Shown here: one piece after another, positions 8,504-17,821 of the stretch
Numbering within the stretch: position 1 is the stretch's first letter
How the letters are laid out: each line of letters begins with the position of its first letter
Source of the DNA: Candidatus Kaiserbacteria bacterium RIFCSPHIGHO2_01_FULL_53_29
GTDB taxonomy: Bacteria > Patescibacteriota > Minisyncoccia > Phycocordibacterales > UBA2100
Direction: 5' to 3'
Length of the DNA: 64,000 nucleotides
Assembly: GCA_001781125.1 (NCBI GenBank)
Contig: MFKT01000021.1
Coordinates: forward strand, 5,178 to 69,177
Notes under the pieces: generated by a model
Database searches by the model: none
What the model was told of the DNA's origin: nothing
Seen by the model: the letters and a program-made list of their open reading frames with translations, nothing else
Program-made: the position numbers and the translations under genes

Positions 8504-9880
8504 ATGTATGATGATTGCATGAATATCCGGAGACGCCTGTCTCTGCTTTTTCTTCTTCCCGTGTGCGCGGCGCTCCTTTTCTTTGCTTTCGCTTCTGCTG
8601 ACGCGCGCGACGAGCGCGCGGACAGGGAAGGGAGAATACCCGGACAATACATCGTCGTGTTCAAAGACTCGGTGGAAGACGTTGAGGCGGCCGAAAACGA
8701 CATTGTGCAGCTCAGCCGCGGTGAGCGGCTGGATTCGTATCGCTCGGCGCTAAGCGGGTTCTCCGCGCGTTTCTCTGATGCCGACCTTGCGGCGGTCAAA
8801 AATGATCCGCGTGTGGAATTTGTAAGCGAAGACAGAGTAGTTTCGATAGATGTGCGGGCGGATTCGCGCTCACCGCAAGAGGATTCGAGGATCTCACTAC
8901 AGGCAGACCGCTTGAGCCGCGTAACGCCCACACCACTCGCCAAGGCGGGTCCCACCATTCAAGCGCAATCGCTGCCCACCGGCATCAATCGCATCAACGC
9001 AGAAGGGTTGGCAAATACCGGCGCAGGTGTCAATGTCGCGGTTATTGATACAGGAATTCTCTCATCCCATCCCGATCTTTCCGGCAAGGTCGTCGGCGGC
9101 AAGAACTGCACGAGGGCGAGCGGGGGATACACCGATCAAAATGGCCACGGCACACACGTGGCGGGCACTATCGCCGCGAGCAACAACAGCCTCGGGGTCG
9201 TGGGCGTCGCGCCTTCCGCCAAACTCTGGTCTGTGCGTGTGCTCGATAGGAATGGGAACGGCACATGGTCGTCCGTCATCTGCGGCCTCGATTATGTGAC
9301 GAGCAAGGCTCCCGCAAAGGGCGGGCCCATCACCGTTGCCAATTTGAGTTTGGGCGGCGGAGGCGCGTCAGACAATAATTGCGGCAATAGCAACAACGAC
9401 GCCTTGCACAAGGCCATCTGCCGCACGCGCGACGCAGGCGTCACGCTCGTCGTTGCGGCCGGCAATAGCGGCGCCAACACGAGCGGCGCTGTCCCCGCTG
9501 CGTACGATGATGCTGTCATCACCGTCTCGGCTCTCGCGGATTCAAATGGTACTGCGGGAGGAGGCGGTGCCGCGACGTCCTTCGGCGCTGACGACACGTT
9601 TGCATCGTTCAGCAATTACGGAACCGCCGTAGATATCGGCGCGCCGGGTGTGTGGATCAATTCGACGTGGCTTTCAAATACGTACAAAACCATCAGCGGC
9701 ACCAGCATGGCCTCGCCGCATGTCGCCGGCGCCGCGGCGCTCTATATTGCCAAGAACCCGGGCGCCTCATGGACAGCAGTGCGCGATGCTTTGATTGCCG
9801 CGGGCGAAGCTCTCGGGGCAGGGCACACTGATCCATCAAGCAAGCATCCCGAACCCGTCCTGCGCGCGGACACGCTCTAA
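8504..9880 (+). CDS. S8 subtilisin-like serine protease with I9 inhibitor propeptide
   Basis: Signal peptide. I9-like propeptide (YIVVFKDSVEDV...). Catalytic Asp (VAVIDTGI), His (HGTHVAGTIAA) and Ser (GTSMASPHVAGAAALY). Confidence 0.85.
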   Translation: MYDDCMNIRRRLSLLFLLPVCAALLFFAFASADARDERADREGRIPGQYIVVFKDSVEDVEAAENDIVQLSRGERLDSYRSALSGFSARFSDADLAAVKNDPRVEFVSEDRVVSIDVRADSRSPQEDSRISLQADRLSRVTPTPLAKAGPTIQAQSLPTGINRINAEGLANTGAGVNVAVIDTGILSSHPDLSGKVVGGKNCTRASGGYTDQNGHGTHVAGTIAASNNSLGVVGVAPSAKLWSVRVLDRNGNGTWSSVICGLDYVTSKAPAKGGPITVANLSLGGGGASDNNCGNSNNDALHKAICRTRDAGVTLVVAAGNSGANTSGAVPAAYDDAVITVSALADSNGTAGGGGAATSFGADDTFASFSNYGTAVDIGAPGVWINSTWLSNTYKTISGTSMASPHVAGAAALYIAKNPGASWTAVRDALIAAGEALGAGHTDPSSKHPEPVLRADTL

Positions 9881-9922
9881 ACAAAGCTTTTGAGTTTTCT
9901 CGGAACGTGAGAAAATACACGG

Positions 9923-10975
9923 GTGAGGAAACCCCGTAGTAATCGCATTAAACGCGCCCGGCCGGTGATGCAAAAGCGTGAGTTGCGGCTCCTCGAAGGA
10001 GCGGCGCTTGTTGTGGTTGTTGTCCTCATTGTCGCGCTTTTTTGTATTTCGGCGATCCAAATGTTCGTCATGCGATCCGGTCAGACGGCTGCGGTCATCT
10101 CCGTAGTTTTGGTGGATCTTGTGAATGGTGACCGCGCATCGCAGAGCCTCGGGACGCTCACGATAAATCCCATTCTCACCGCTGCCGCACAGGCAAAAGC
10201 CGACGACATGGCGGGGAAAGGCTACTTCGCGCACAATTCACCGGACGGCAAGGATTCGTGGTACTGGTTCAAGCAAGCGGGATACTCATTCGCGTACGCC
10301 GGAGAGAATCTCGCGGTTGATTTTTCAGATTCTTCGGATGTCGAGCGCGCGTGGATGGACTCTCCCTTGCACCGCGAGAATCTTCTTGACCCGCATTTCA
10401 CCGAGATCGGTATCGCGATAGCGCAGGGAACGTTTGAGGGACATCCGACGACATTCGTTGTCCAGATGTTTGGGGCACCCGCACAGGCAAGCGAGGTACC
10501 GGTAGTCGTTCAGGAAATCACGGCACCGCAAAACGCCACGGAACCCGCGATCGCGACGACCGAGCTCCCTTCGGCCAATGTGTTGGGCTCGAGTTCAGAT
10601 AAGCCTGCGATTGAGGATGTATCGCCGATACCGGAAACTTCTGCGCCGATCGCGGATGTACGCACACCTGCTTCGCAGGCGCCGATCGGTGCCATCGTGC
10701 GCTACGCACCGGCGTGGGGATACTACGCGACCTCACCGAAGACAATGCTGCGCTACGCGTATTATCTGCTCGGATTCCTCGTGCTCTTGGCACTTTTTGT
10801 TACGACAGGCCTTGAATTGAAGTGGCACCACCGCCGTGCCTTTGCCGTCGCCGCGTGCCTCCTCGTATTTATGTCAGGCCTTTTCGTGGTCGCCGACTAC
10901 GCCATTTTCTCCGAGCCCGTCCTCGCGGACGAGAGTGTACCAAGGACCGTCCTTGACACGTCGGGAAGCACATAG
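9923..10975 (+). CDS. membrane-anchored CAP/SCP (YkwD-like) domain protein
   Basis: N-terminal TM segment. CAP signature GYFAHNSPDG...GENLA...AWMDSPLHRENLLDPHFTEIGIA. C-terminal TM region. Confidence 0.6.
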   Translation: MRKPRSNRIKRARPVMQKRELRLLEGAALVVVVVLIVALFCISAIQMFVMRSGQTAAVISVVLVDLVNGDRASQSLGTLTINPILTAAAQAKADDMAGKGYFAHNSPDGKDSWYWFKQAGYSFAYAGENLAVDFSDSSDVERAWMDSPLHRENLLDPHFTEIGIAIAQGTFEGHPTTFVVQMFGAPAQASEVPVVVQEITAPQNATEPAIATTELPSANVLGSSSDKPAIEDVSPIPETSAPIADVRTPASQAPIGAIVRYAPAWGYYATSPKTMLRYAYYLLGFLVLLALFVTTGLELKWHHRRAFAVAACLLVFMSGLFVVADYAIFSEPVLADESVPRTVLDTSGST

Positions 10976-11325
10976 GTCGGTTCTCTGTGCTTTTGCTTGG
11001 CTCAAAGCTTGCGTTATACACAGGGTGTGCACAGCTTGCCCCGACTATTCCCCATGTTTTCCCCAGAAGTTATACGAATGCCCCTCGGGCCCTCATAAAC
11101 GCGATATAGAATGGAGGGGTGCTGGCTTTTGCTTCGGGGAAACGGTGAAGGGAAGCGCGCACGATGTTTGCAATAGCATCACTTAGAAGAGCTTGCTGCT
11201 CTCGAACAACGAGGAGCTGTTTCGCGTATACCGGTCGCGAGACAGCTTTTTGTTATGAGCAGTTGGAGAATTATCAGTCTTTATCAGTAATTATTAGGGA
11301 GGATTATTGCAACTTATAAATTTTT

Positions 11326-13602
11326 ATGTCCAATACTTTGAATAGAATTCGCACACGGTTCTCGATCTTGCTTGGAATGGCAATTCTTCTTGGAAGCTTC
11401 GTCTTTGCAGGAGCTTTTGTTCAAATAGCAGATGCCGAAGTGATATTTTGCGGGACAAGTGCTGGGGCGACATCTACGAGCGGGATCGGCAGGACAGGAA
11501 GATGTGCAGACGGTGCCCGCCTTATCGTGGGTACATCGCCAGGCGAGGGGCCGCAAGGTCCGCAGGGTGAGGCTGGTCCGATTGGTCCACAGGGTCCGCA
11601 GGGCGACACTGGTCCCGCGGGTAGTGATGGAGCGGACGGCGCGACAGGTCCCGAAGGCCCACAAGGTGATACTGGCGCTACAGGTCCGCAGGGTACGGCA
11701 GGCGCTGATGGTGAAGATGGTACTGATGGAGCGGACGGCGCCACAGGCCCGGCCGGTGCCGATGGGACAGATGGCATAGACGGAGCGCAAGGTCCGGAAG
11801 GCGACACGGGACCTCAAGGTCCACAAGGTGACGAGGGGCCACAAGGTGTCGATGGTCCGCAAGGTCTGACGGGCGCTGATGGCGCGACAGGTCCGGAGGG
11901 GCCGGCGGGTGAATCAGCAAATGTCGTCGTGACAGAGGAGGGAGAAGGCGCCAACTGTGAGGCAGGCGGACAGAAAGTCGAGACGAGTGTCGGCGACGAT
12001 TCGCCGCAGGTAAGTTACGTCTGTAACGGACTGGACGGCGACGATGGAACAGACGGGACGAACGGTACCAACGGGACCAATGGCTCCAACGCGCTCGTCG
12101 TCGTGACCGACGAGGCGGCTGGTGCGAACTGTGAATTTGGAGGGGAAAAAGTAGAGTCGGGCGTCGACGCGAACAACAATACTGTTTTGGACGAGCTTGA
12201 GGTTACTTCCACGAGCTACGTCTGCGACGGCGCACCGGGAGCAGAAGGCGCGCCGGGTACACCCGGTGATCCGGGCACACCTGGAGACCAAGGTCTCCCG
12301 GGTCCTCAAGGCGTTCAAGGTATCCAAGGTGAAGTTGGACCACAAGGTCCGCAGGGTGATGTTGGTCCGATGGGGCCGGCTGGCCCAACAGGTCCTCAAG
12401 GTCCAATCGGCTTGACTGGTGAGACAGGTCCCACAGGTCCTCAAGGCGCAGAGGGTCCGACGGGTCCCGCAGGTCCGGCCGGTCCAGCTGGCCCAGAAGG
12501 TCCTGCCGGCCCAACAGGTGCAACTGGTCCGGAAGGTCCAATCGGACCAGCGGGCCCCGCAGGAGCTGATGGAGAAGATGGTACCAACGGGCAAGACGGC
12601 GCGACGGGCCCAGCTGGTCCGACAGGTGCCGCTGGTGCTGATGGTGCTGTCGGTCCAGAAGGTCCAACTGGTCCAGAAGGTCCTACAGGTCCCACAGGCG
12701 CTGCTGGTGACGATGGTCTCGCTTGTTGGGACACAAATCAAAATGGCGTTGCTGATCCCGCAGAAGATTTGAACGGCGACGACGTCTTCGATGCACTCGA
12801 CTGTCAGGGTGCAATAGGTCCGCAAGGTGATACAGGGGCAACCGGGGCAACTGGTCCCACAGGTCCGACGGGTCCAACGGGAGCAACAGGTGACACAGGC
12901 CCAGCTGGTCCGACAGGTGCCGCTGGTGCTGATGGTGCCACCGGCCCGACAGGCGCTACGGGCGCAACGGGTCCGGAAGGTCCACAAGGCCCAATAGGTC
13001 TCACAGGACCTCAAGGTGAGACGGGTCCAGCCGGCGCACAAGGTGACCAAGGAATTCAGGGAGAAATTGGCCCGATGGGTCCGCAAGGTGCTCAGGGAGA
13101 GACAGGAGCAACAGGTGCGACCGGCGCTGATGGCGCAACTGGGGCGGCAGGTGCCACTGGCGCGCCAGGCCCACAAGGAGACACCGGTGCTACGGGAGCA
13201 ACCGGTGCGACTGGTGCACAAGGTCCGCAGGGTGACGTCGGTCCTCAGGGTCCGCAGGGTGATACAGGTCCTGCTGGAGCAACAGGAGCTACAGGTGCTA
13301 CGGGTGCGGCAGGTGCTGATGGAGCTGATGGCGTAAGTGGATGGGAGAGAATCGTTGGCACCGCCTCATCATTGGATGAGATCGCAACAAAAACTGTAGT
13401 CGCAAACTGCAGCGCGGGAAAAAAGGTTCTGGGCGGAGGTTACCGCATTGACGTCGGCGGAGGCAGTATCGCTGCGATTACCAGCATTGTCAGCTTCCCC
13501 GCAGATGACGACACATGGTCTGTAACTGCGAGCGAGGATGACGATGCTATCGTGGGTGACTGGTTGGTCCAAGCCTACGCACTCTGCGCAACAGTTCTCT
13601 AG
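11326..13602 (+). CDS. bacterial collagen-like triple-helix repeat protein with interspersed non-collagen modules and a C-terminal globular domain
   Basis: Signal-like N-terminus. Hundreds of GxY triplets ([25 protein letters not shown]...). Two inserted xVVVTxExxGANCExGGxKVE...SYVCxG modules. A Ca-binding-like [24 protein letters not shown] segment. AGGGAGG-like RBS 25 nt upstream. Confidence 0.8.
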   Translation: MSNTLNRIRTRFSILLGMAILLGSFVFAGAFVQIADAEVIFCGTSAGATSTSGIGRTGRCADGARLIVGTSPGEGPQGPQGEAGPIGPQGPQGDTGPAGSDGADGATGPEGPQGDTGATGPQGTAGADGEDGTDGADGATGPAGADGTDGIDGAQGPEGDTGPQGPQGDEGPQGVDGPQGLTGADGATGPEGPAGESANVVVTEEGEGANCEAGGQKVETSVGDDSPQVSYVCNGLDGDDGTDGTNGTNGTNGSNALVVVTDEAAGANCEFGGEKVESGVDANNNTVLDELEVTSTSYVCDGAPGAEGAPGTPGDPGTPGDQGLPGPQGVQGIQGEVGPQGPQGDVGPMGPAGPTGPQGPIGLTGETGPTGPQGAEGPTGPAGPAGPAGPEGPAGPTGATGPEGPIGPAGPAGADGEDGTNGQDGATGPAGPTGAAGADGAVGPEGPTGPEGPTGPTGAAGDDGLACWDTNQNGVADPAEDLNGDDVFDALDCQGAIGPQGDTGATGATGPTGPTGPTGATGDTGPAGPTGAAGADGATGPTGATGATGPEGPQGPIGLTGPQGETGPAGAQGDQGIQGEIGPMGPQGAQGETGATGATGADGATGAAGATGAPGPQGDTGATGATGATGAQGPQGDVGPQGPQGDTGPAGATGATGATGAAGADGADGVSGWERIVGTASSLDEIATKTVVANCSAGKKVLGGGYRIDVGGGSIAAITSIVSFPADDDTWSVTASEDDDAIVGDWLVQAYALCATVL
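11530..13330. repeat. GGN-CCN coding repeats (collagen GxY) generating many spurious overlapping ORFs on both strands
   Basis: Periodic ggt/ggc-ccn-nnn repeats. ORF-track entries 11421..11807, 11914..13221, 12441..12734 and 12804..13004 are artefacts of this periodicity. Confidence 0.7.
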
Positions 13603-13627
13603 AACTAAAACATTATCAGTAAAAAAA

Positions 13628-13654
13628 GAGCCCCGCCGAAGGCGGGGCTCTTTT
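13628..13654. terminator. bidirectional rho-independent terminator
   Basis: GAGCCCCGCC-gaa-GGCGGGGCTC with A7 upstream and T4 downstream. Serves the collagen gene on + and the 13669..13980 gene on -. Confidence 0.7.
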
Positions 13655-13668
13655 GCATGAGGGCGGGA

Positions 13669-13980
13669 TTAGTTTTTCGGCTTTACAAGGAAGAAAGAAA
13701 TTACAAACAACGCAGCAACAACCATGTCGGCGACCCGCCACATATCAGCGGCAAGGTAGAGCGGAGCAACGGGGTTGAAGACGACTGCCACAAGTACGAA
13801 CAGCCACACGAGCCAGAGCTTGTTTTGCTTGTAGGCCTGCGCTGCAGTCATGAGAGCTGCGCCGACGACGACCCAGTTCATGAGTTGGAAATAGGCGAAA
13901 TAGGGGACGGGCGCCAGAGCACCGAGGGCCATGGCGATTGCCAAGACCTTGAGCCAGTTATTGCCAAGCCATGCCTTCAT
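13669..13980 (-). CDS. small integral membrane protein (hypothetical)
   Basis: 103 aa with three predicted TM helices. A terminator lies immediately downstream. Confidence 0.4.
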   Translation of the reverse strand: MKAWLGNNWLKVLAIAMALGALAPVPYFAYFQLMNWVVVGAALMTAAQAYKQNKLWLVWLFVLVAVVFNPVAPLYLAADMWRVADMVVAALFVISFFLVKPKN

Positions 13981-14032
13981 ACGCGGACACTCTACTCCAC
14001 CTCTTTGTGCTAGTCAAAGCCGCAGCCCCTTG

Positions 14033-14062
14033 ACCTTAGAAGCGTCGCCTCTAAGGTAGGCC
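14033..14062. repeat. REP-like palindrome (REP1, left flank of RAYT1)
   Basis: ACCTTAGAAGCGTCGCCTCTAAGGTAGGCC hairpin. Shares the core GCGTCGCCTCTAAGGTAGG with the right flank. Confidence 0.55.
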
Positions 14063-14066
14063 TTAA

Positions 14067-14759
14067 TTACTTAAGATTTTCGATCATTGGTGATACCTCT
14101 CCGTAATAAGCCCGTGCATCGGAAAGCATTTTCTGCACTGGCACTTGATATGACCGGATTAGATCAACTTGTTCCGGGTCAAGGATCGCGTGCTCGGGCC
14201 GTACCATGCCAGAGTAGTCGGGGAAGCTTGCGTATGGATATGCCCGTATTTTTCTCTCTAGTCTCTGCATGTTTTTAACGAAACCGGATTTCCATTTAGG
14301 TTCGAATAATTCGCACGGATTCATGTGGACATAATCGACCGCACGATGCATATACCGATCGTCCGAGATGTGTTTCGATCTAAACGGCTTGATGAATAAA
14401 TTTCCCACACGGTCGTGCAGATTGTTGAAATAGAGTGCATAGCCCGTTCCGATCTTATGCATAAATCGAGAAATGCCGTGCTCCACAATTTCTTTCATCA
14501 ACAGGTGGATGTGGTTCGGCATCAGACAAAATGCACCAATGGCTACTAACGGTGACTTTCTTGGAAGAGTAAATGTCTCAGCGTATGAAACATGCTCGAA
14601 CAATGGGCGTTGAAGCGATTTTGTGTCGTTTGCCAAATAGAGGAGTTGCATGAACCGGCGATAGTGCGCGTCCTCCTCAAAGGTTATTCTTTTGTCGATG
14701 CCGCGATTGAAACAATGGAAATATTCATCTATTGCAAATGGAGTACGTCTGTAACTCAT
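14067..14759 (-). CDS. IS200-like Y1 HUH transposase, REP-associated tyrosine transposase (RAYT) type
   Basis: HuH motif LMPNHIHLLMKE. Catalytic-Tyr region YALYFNNLHDRVGNLFIKPFRSKHI. Paralogue of 34051..34728. Flanked by REP1 palindromes. Start taken at the internal ATG (MSYRRTPFAIDEYFHCF), which aligns with the paralogue; the track start codon at 14792 is TTG. Confidence 0.7.
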   Translation of the reverse strand: MSYRRTPFAIDEYFHCFNRGIDKRITFEEDAHYRRFMQLLYLANDTKSLQRPLFEHVSYAETFTLPRKSPLVAIGAFCLMPNHIHLLMKEIVEHGISRFMHKIGTGYALYFNNLHDRVGNLFIKPFRSKHISDDRYMHRAVDYVHMNPCELFEPKWKSGFVKNMQRLERKIRAYPYASFPDYSGMVRPEHAILDPEQVDLIRSYQVPVQKMLSDARAYYGEVSPMIENLK

Positions 14760-14797
14760 GAACTTATTGTAGCAACAAAATATGCTCGACAATAAGG

Positions 14798-14841
14798 TTA
14801 CCTTAGAGGCCTACCTTAGAGGCGTCGCCTCTAAGGTAGGT
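14798..14841. repeat. REP-like palindromes (REP1, right flank of RAYT1; two tandem units)
   Basis: TTACCTTAGAGGCCTACCTTAGAGGCGTCGCCTCTAAGGTAGG contains the perfect palindrome TACCTTAGAGGCGTCGCCTCTAAGGTA. Confidence 0.6.
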
Positions 14842-14883
14842 TCATGGAGGCCTACCGGTGCGGGAGGAAGGTACAATGGTCGA

Positions 14884-16227
14884 GTGAAATTATCAGACAT
14901 CACCGGAGTACGCATCAAAAAAGTGGCGGTGGTTGCGCAGGTCGTTGCGTCCTCCGCCGTCGCTGTGGGTGCTGCGGCTGTGGTGGCAGCGACGCGCGTA
15001 GCTTCTCCGCATAATAGCCACTCCATCGTCGAGCATGAGCTCGAGAAAGGGACGGAACTTTCGGTCATACGGCTCGTCGATCTCCTTATCGAGCGTGCGC
15101 AAGCGGCGCACGCATCAGATATCCATCTCGATCCGCGCGCAGGCTCGGTGGTAGTCAGGCTCCGTATCGACGGGATCCTGCAGGATGCTCACACGCTTCC
15201 CTCGAGCATTCACCATGAGGTTATCTCGCGCATCAAGATCCTTTGCGGCTTGCGCACCGACGAGCACCAAGCGGCACAAGACGGCCGTTTCCGCATCACG
15301 CTTGAGAGCGCTCTCTCGGTCGACGTGCGTGTTTCCATCGTGCCTACGTACCACGGAGAAAATGCTGTCTTGCGGCTTCTCTCTGATCAAGCAGAGGAAT
15401 TCACGCTCGAAACACTAGGGCTTACGCCAGAGAATCGCGCGAAGATCCTTCGCGCGATCAATAAGCCGCACGGCATGATCCTCGCGACCGGCCCGACCGG
15501 AAGCGGAAAGACGACGACACTCTACACGCTCGTTAAAATGCTCAACGTCCCCGCTGTTTCCATCATTACTGTTGAAGACCCCATCGAGTATTCGATATCA
15601 GGTATCAATCAAATACAGATCAACCCGCGCACGGGTCTCACATTCGCCAATGGCCTTCGGAGCATTCTAAGACAAGACCCCAACATCATCATGGTGGGTG
15701 AGATCCGGGATACCGAAACCGCCGGTCTTGCCGTCAACACGGCGCTTACCGGTCACCTTGTGCTCTCGACACTCCACACCAACGATGCGCCGACGACTCT
15801 ACCGCGTCTTCTCGACATGAAGATCGAACCATACCTCATCGCCTCGACCGTGAATATTGCCATCGGCCAGCGACTTGTCCGGCGCATCTGCAAACAGTGT
15901 AAGGAAGAACGCCCGATGACAAGTGCAGAAGCGGGGAGTCTTTCTGAGATCATGTCTGCGGAGCTTATCGAACTACCGGGCGTCTTTTACGCAGGTTCGG
16001 GCTGTGAGGCATGCGCGGGCACAGGCTATCGCGGGCGCGCGGGCATTCACGAAGTCATGGAGATCGACAATGATATTCGTGAGGCGATACTTCACAAAAC
16101 ATCTGCCCGCGAGATCCGTGATGTCGCCATACGCCAAGGCATGACGCCTCTTGTAGTTGATGGATTCCACAAGGCAGCACAGGGCCTGACCACGATCGAA
16201 GAGGTCTTGCGCACGCGCTATGAATAA
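14884..16227 (+). CDS. pilB: type IV pilus assembly ATPase PilB (GspE family)
   Basis: Walker A GPTGSGKTT; GspE core VIRLVDLLIERAQAAHASDIHLDP; C-terminal tetracysteine motif CKQC...GCEACAGTGYRGR. The track ORF start 14782 reads through REP1-R. Start reset to GTG 14884, which has a GGAGG 16 nt upstream; start uncertain. Confidence 0.8.
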   Translation: MKLSDITGVRIKKVAVVAQVVASSAVAVGAAAVVAATRVASPHNSHSIVEHELEKGTELSVIRLVDLLIERAQAAHASDIHLDPRAGSVVVRLRIDGILQDAHTLPSSIHHEVISRIKILCGLRTDEHQAAQDGRFRITLESALSVDVRVSIVPTYHGENAVLRLLSDQAEEFTLETLGLTPENRAKILRAINKPHGMILATGPTGSGKTTTLYTLVKMLNVPAVSIITVEDPIEYSISGINQIQINPRTGLTFANGLRSILRQDPNIIMVGEIRDTETAGLAVNTALTGHLVLSTLHTNDAPTTLPRLLDMKIEPYLIASTVNIAIGQRLVRRICKQCKEERPMTSAEAGSLSEIMSAELIELPGVFYAGSGCEACAGTGYRGRAGIHEVMEIDNDIREAILHKTSAREIRDVAIRQGMTPLVVDGFHKAAQGLTTIEEVLRTRYE

Positions 16228-17314
16228 ACCCTCCAATAAACTTTCAGTGCGAAAGAAACCTCTGCTTCTTCATTTTCCGCCACAGGAGCAAGCTCTGTTT
16301 GCCAAACGCCTCGGCATGATACTGCGTAGTGGCATGCCTATCATGGAGGGTCTGCAGATGCTCGGCGGCTCTGTGCGTTCGAGATCCGCGACCTACATGT
16401 ACGGACATCTGATCGAGCATGTCGAGAGTGGACAGCCGCTCTCGACGGGACTTGAGAAATTCAGGAAGATTTTTGGTGAGTTCTGCATCAACATCGTGCG
16501 GGTGGGGGAGAGCTCGGGCACGTTGCACGAGAACCTCGAGTATCTTGCCGAAGAGCTCAAGAAAAAAACGGCGCTGCGCAAAAAGGTCCTCGGCGCCTTG
16601 GTCTATCCCGCAATCATCGTTGTCGCGACGGTCGGGATCTCACTCGTTCTCACGGTGTATATCTTCCCGAAGATCACGCCCATCTTCCAAAGTTTCAAAG
16701 CACAGCTTCCGCTTACGACGCGCATGCTCATCGCGATATCGGATTTTCTCATCCACGATGGCTTGTGGCTTTTTATCGGAGTCGTGGCGACTGTAGTTTG
16801 CTGTCTTTTTCTTTTCCGCATTCCGCGCTTCCATCTTAGTGTCGACCACTTACTTCTGAAGCTCCCGCTTTTCGGGAAGCTTTCGCAGTACTACAATCTT
16901 GCCAATTGCTCCCGCACTCTCGGGCTTCTCCTCAAAAGCGATATGGGGATCGTGAGCGCACTCACTATCGTCACAAAAAGTTCGCGCAACCTTGCCTACA
17001 GGATCGCCCTTGCGAGTGTGACGAAAGAGGTGATGAAAGGGCAGAAAATCTCCACGCAGCTTACGAAAAATCCGAAACTGTTTCCACCGCTTTTTTCCCA
17101 GATGATCGAGGTCGGTGAACAGACGGGGAATCTCTCGAGCTCGCTCATGTATCTTTCCGATATGTACGAGGAGGAGATCAGCGACCTCACAAAGAATCTC
17201 ACGACGCTGATCGAACCGATTCTCATGCTCTTGATGGGCATCATTGTGGGCTTCATTGCGATATCGATCATTACGCCTATCTATGGCATCACCCAGCAAC
17301 TTACACCCCGCTAG
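16220..17314 (+). CDS. pilC: type IV pilus inner-membrane platform protein PilC (GspF family)
   Basis: GspF-family repeats with three TM segments. Overlaps pilB by 8 nt. Confidence 0.8.
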   Translation: MNKPSNKLSVRKKPLLLHFPPQEQALFAKRLGMILRSGMPIMEGLQMLGGSVRSRSATYMYGHLIEHVESGQPLSTGLEKFRKIFGEFCINIVRVGESSGTLHENLEYLAEELKKKTALRKKVLGALVYPAIIVVATVGISLVLTVYIFPKITPIFQSFKAQLPLTTRMLIAISDFLIHDGLWLFIGVVATVVCCLFLFRIPRFHLSVDHLLLKLPLFGKLSQYYNLANCSRTLGLLLKSDMGIVSALTIVTKSSRNLAYRIALASVTKEVMKGQKISTQLTKNPKLFPPLFSQMIEVGEQTGNLSSSLMYLSDMYEEEISDLTKNLTTLIEPILMLLMGIIVGFIAISIITPIYGITQQLTPR

Positions 17315-17819
17315 AGGCCTGCACGTAAAGTACCTGCGGCCTGCGCAGACAGGCTTCACCCTGCTTGAAGTCATGATCGTGATGGCGCTCGTCACCATTG
17401 TTGGGGCCTTCGGACTTTTGCTTGGTACGGACAGTTATCGCGGGTATTCTTTTCACTCGGATCACGACATTCTTGTTGCGGCTCTGCAGCATGCACGTTC
17501 GCAAGCCATCGGTAATGTATGTCTCGGGGAGGGTTGTACGCACGGGATGCCGCACGGCGTCTTTATTGATGCGGCTCATAATCGGTACGTCATCTTCCAA
17601 GGAACAAACTACGCGACGCGCGATGGGGAGGTCGACGCAGCGCTCGAGGCTGCGCCGGGAATGACCCGAAGCGGACTGTCGGAGATCGTATTCGCGCAGC
17701 TCTCCGGCAGTGCGAATTCGGCAGAAGCGCCGCCATGGGGAATTGTTCTCACTGATCCTACCGGTCGTACCTCAACGACCACTATCGAGAGCGAAGGGAG
17801 GATCTGGTGGACGCATTAA
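17283..17819 (+). CDS. prepilin-type N-terminal cleavage/methylation domain protein (minor pilin / pseudopilin-like)
   Basis: Class III signal ...RPAQTG|FTLLEVMIVMALVTIVGAF. Start ATG 17283 is uncertain and gives a long leader. Confidence 0.55.
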   Translation: MASPSNLHPARGLHVKYLRPAQTGFTLLEVMIVMALVTIVGAFGLLLGTDSYRGYSFHSDHDILVAALQHARSQAIGNVCLGEGCTHGMPHGVFIDAAHNRYVIFQGTNYATRDGEVDAALEAAPGMTRSGLSEIVFAQLSGSANSAEAPPWGIVLTDPTGRTSTTTIESEGRIWWTH

Positions 17820-17821
17820 CT

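Noticed and set aside
11421-13336. Large ORFs on both strands inside the collagen-like gene: 11421-11807(-), 11914-13221(-), 12203-12667(-), 12441-12734(-), 12804-13004(-), 11459-11779(+), 13016-13336(+)
   Set aside because: Products of GGN/CCN periodicity in the GxY coding repeat. Their Pro/Ala/Arg-rich low-complexity translations have no independent support.
14782-14883. N-terminal 34 aa of the ORF-track pilB (MLDNKVTLEAYLRGVASKVGSWRP...)
   Set aside because: This segment is the translation of the REP1 palindromes. The start was moved downstream.
17244-17282. Extended N-terminus (MWASLRYRSLRLS) of the first pilin ORF
   Set aside because: It overlaps the end of pilC. A prepilin leader this long is implausible, so the start was moved to ATG 17283 with stated uncertainty.
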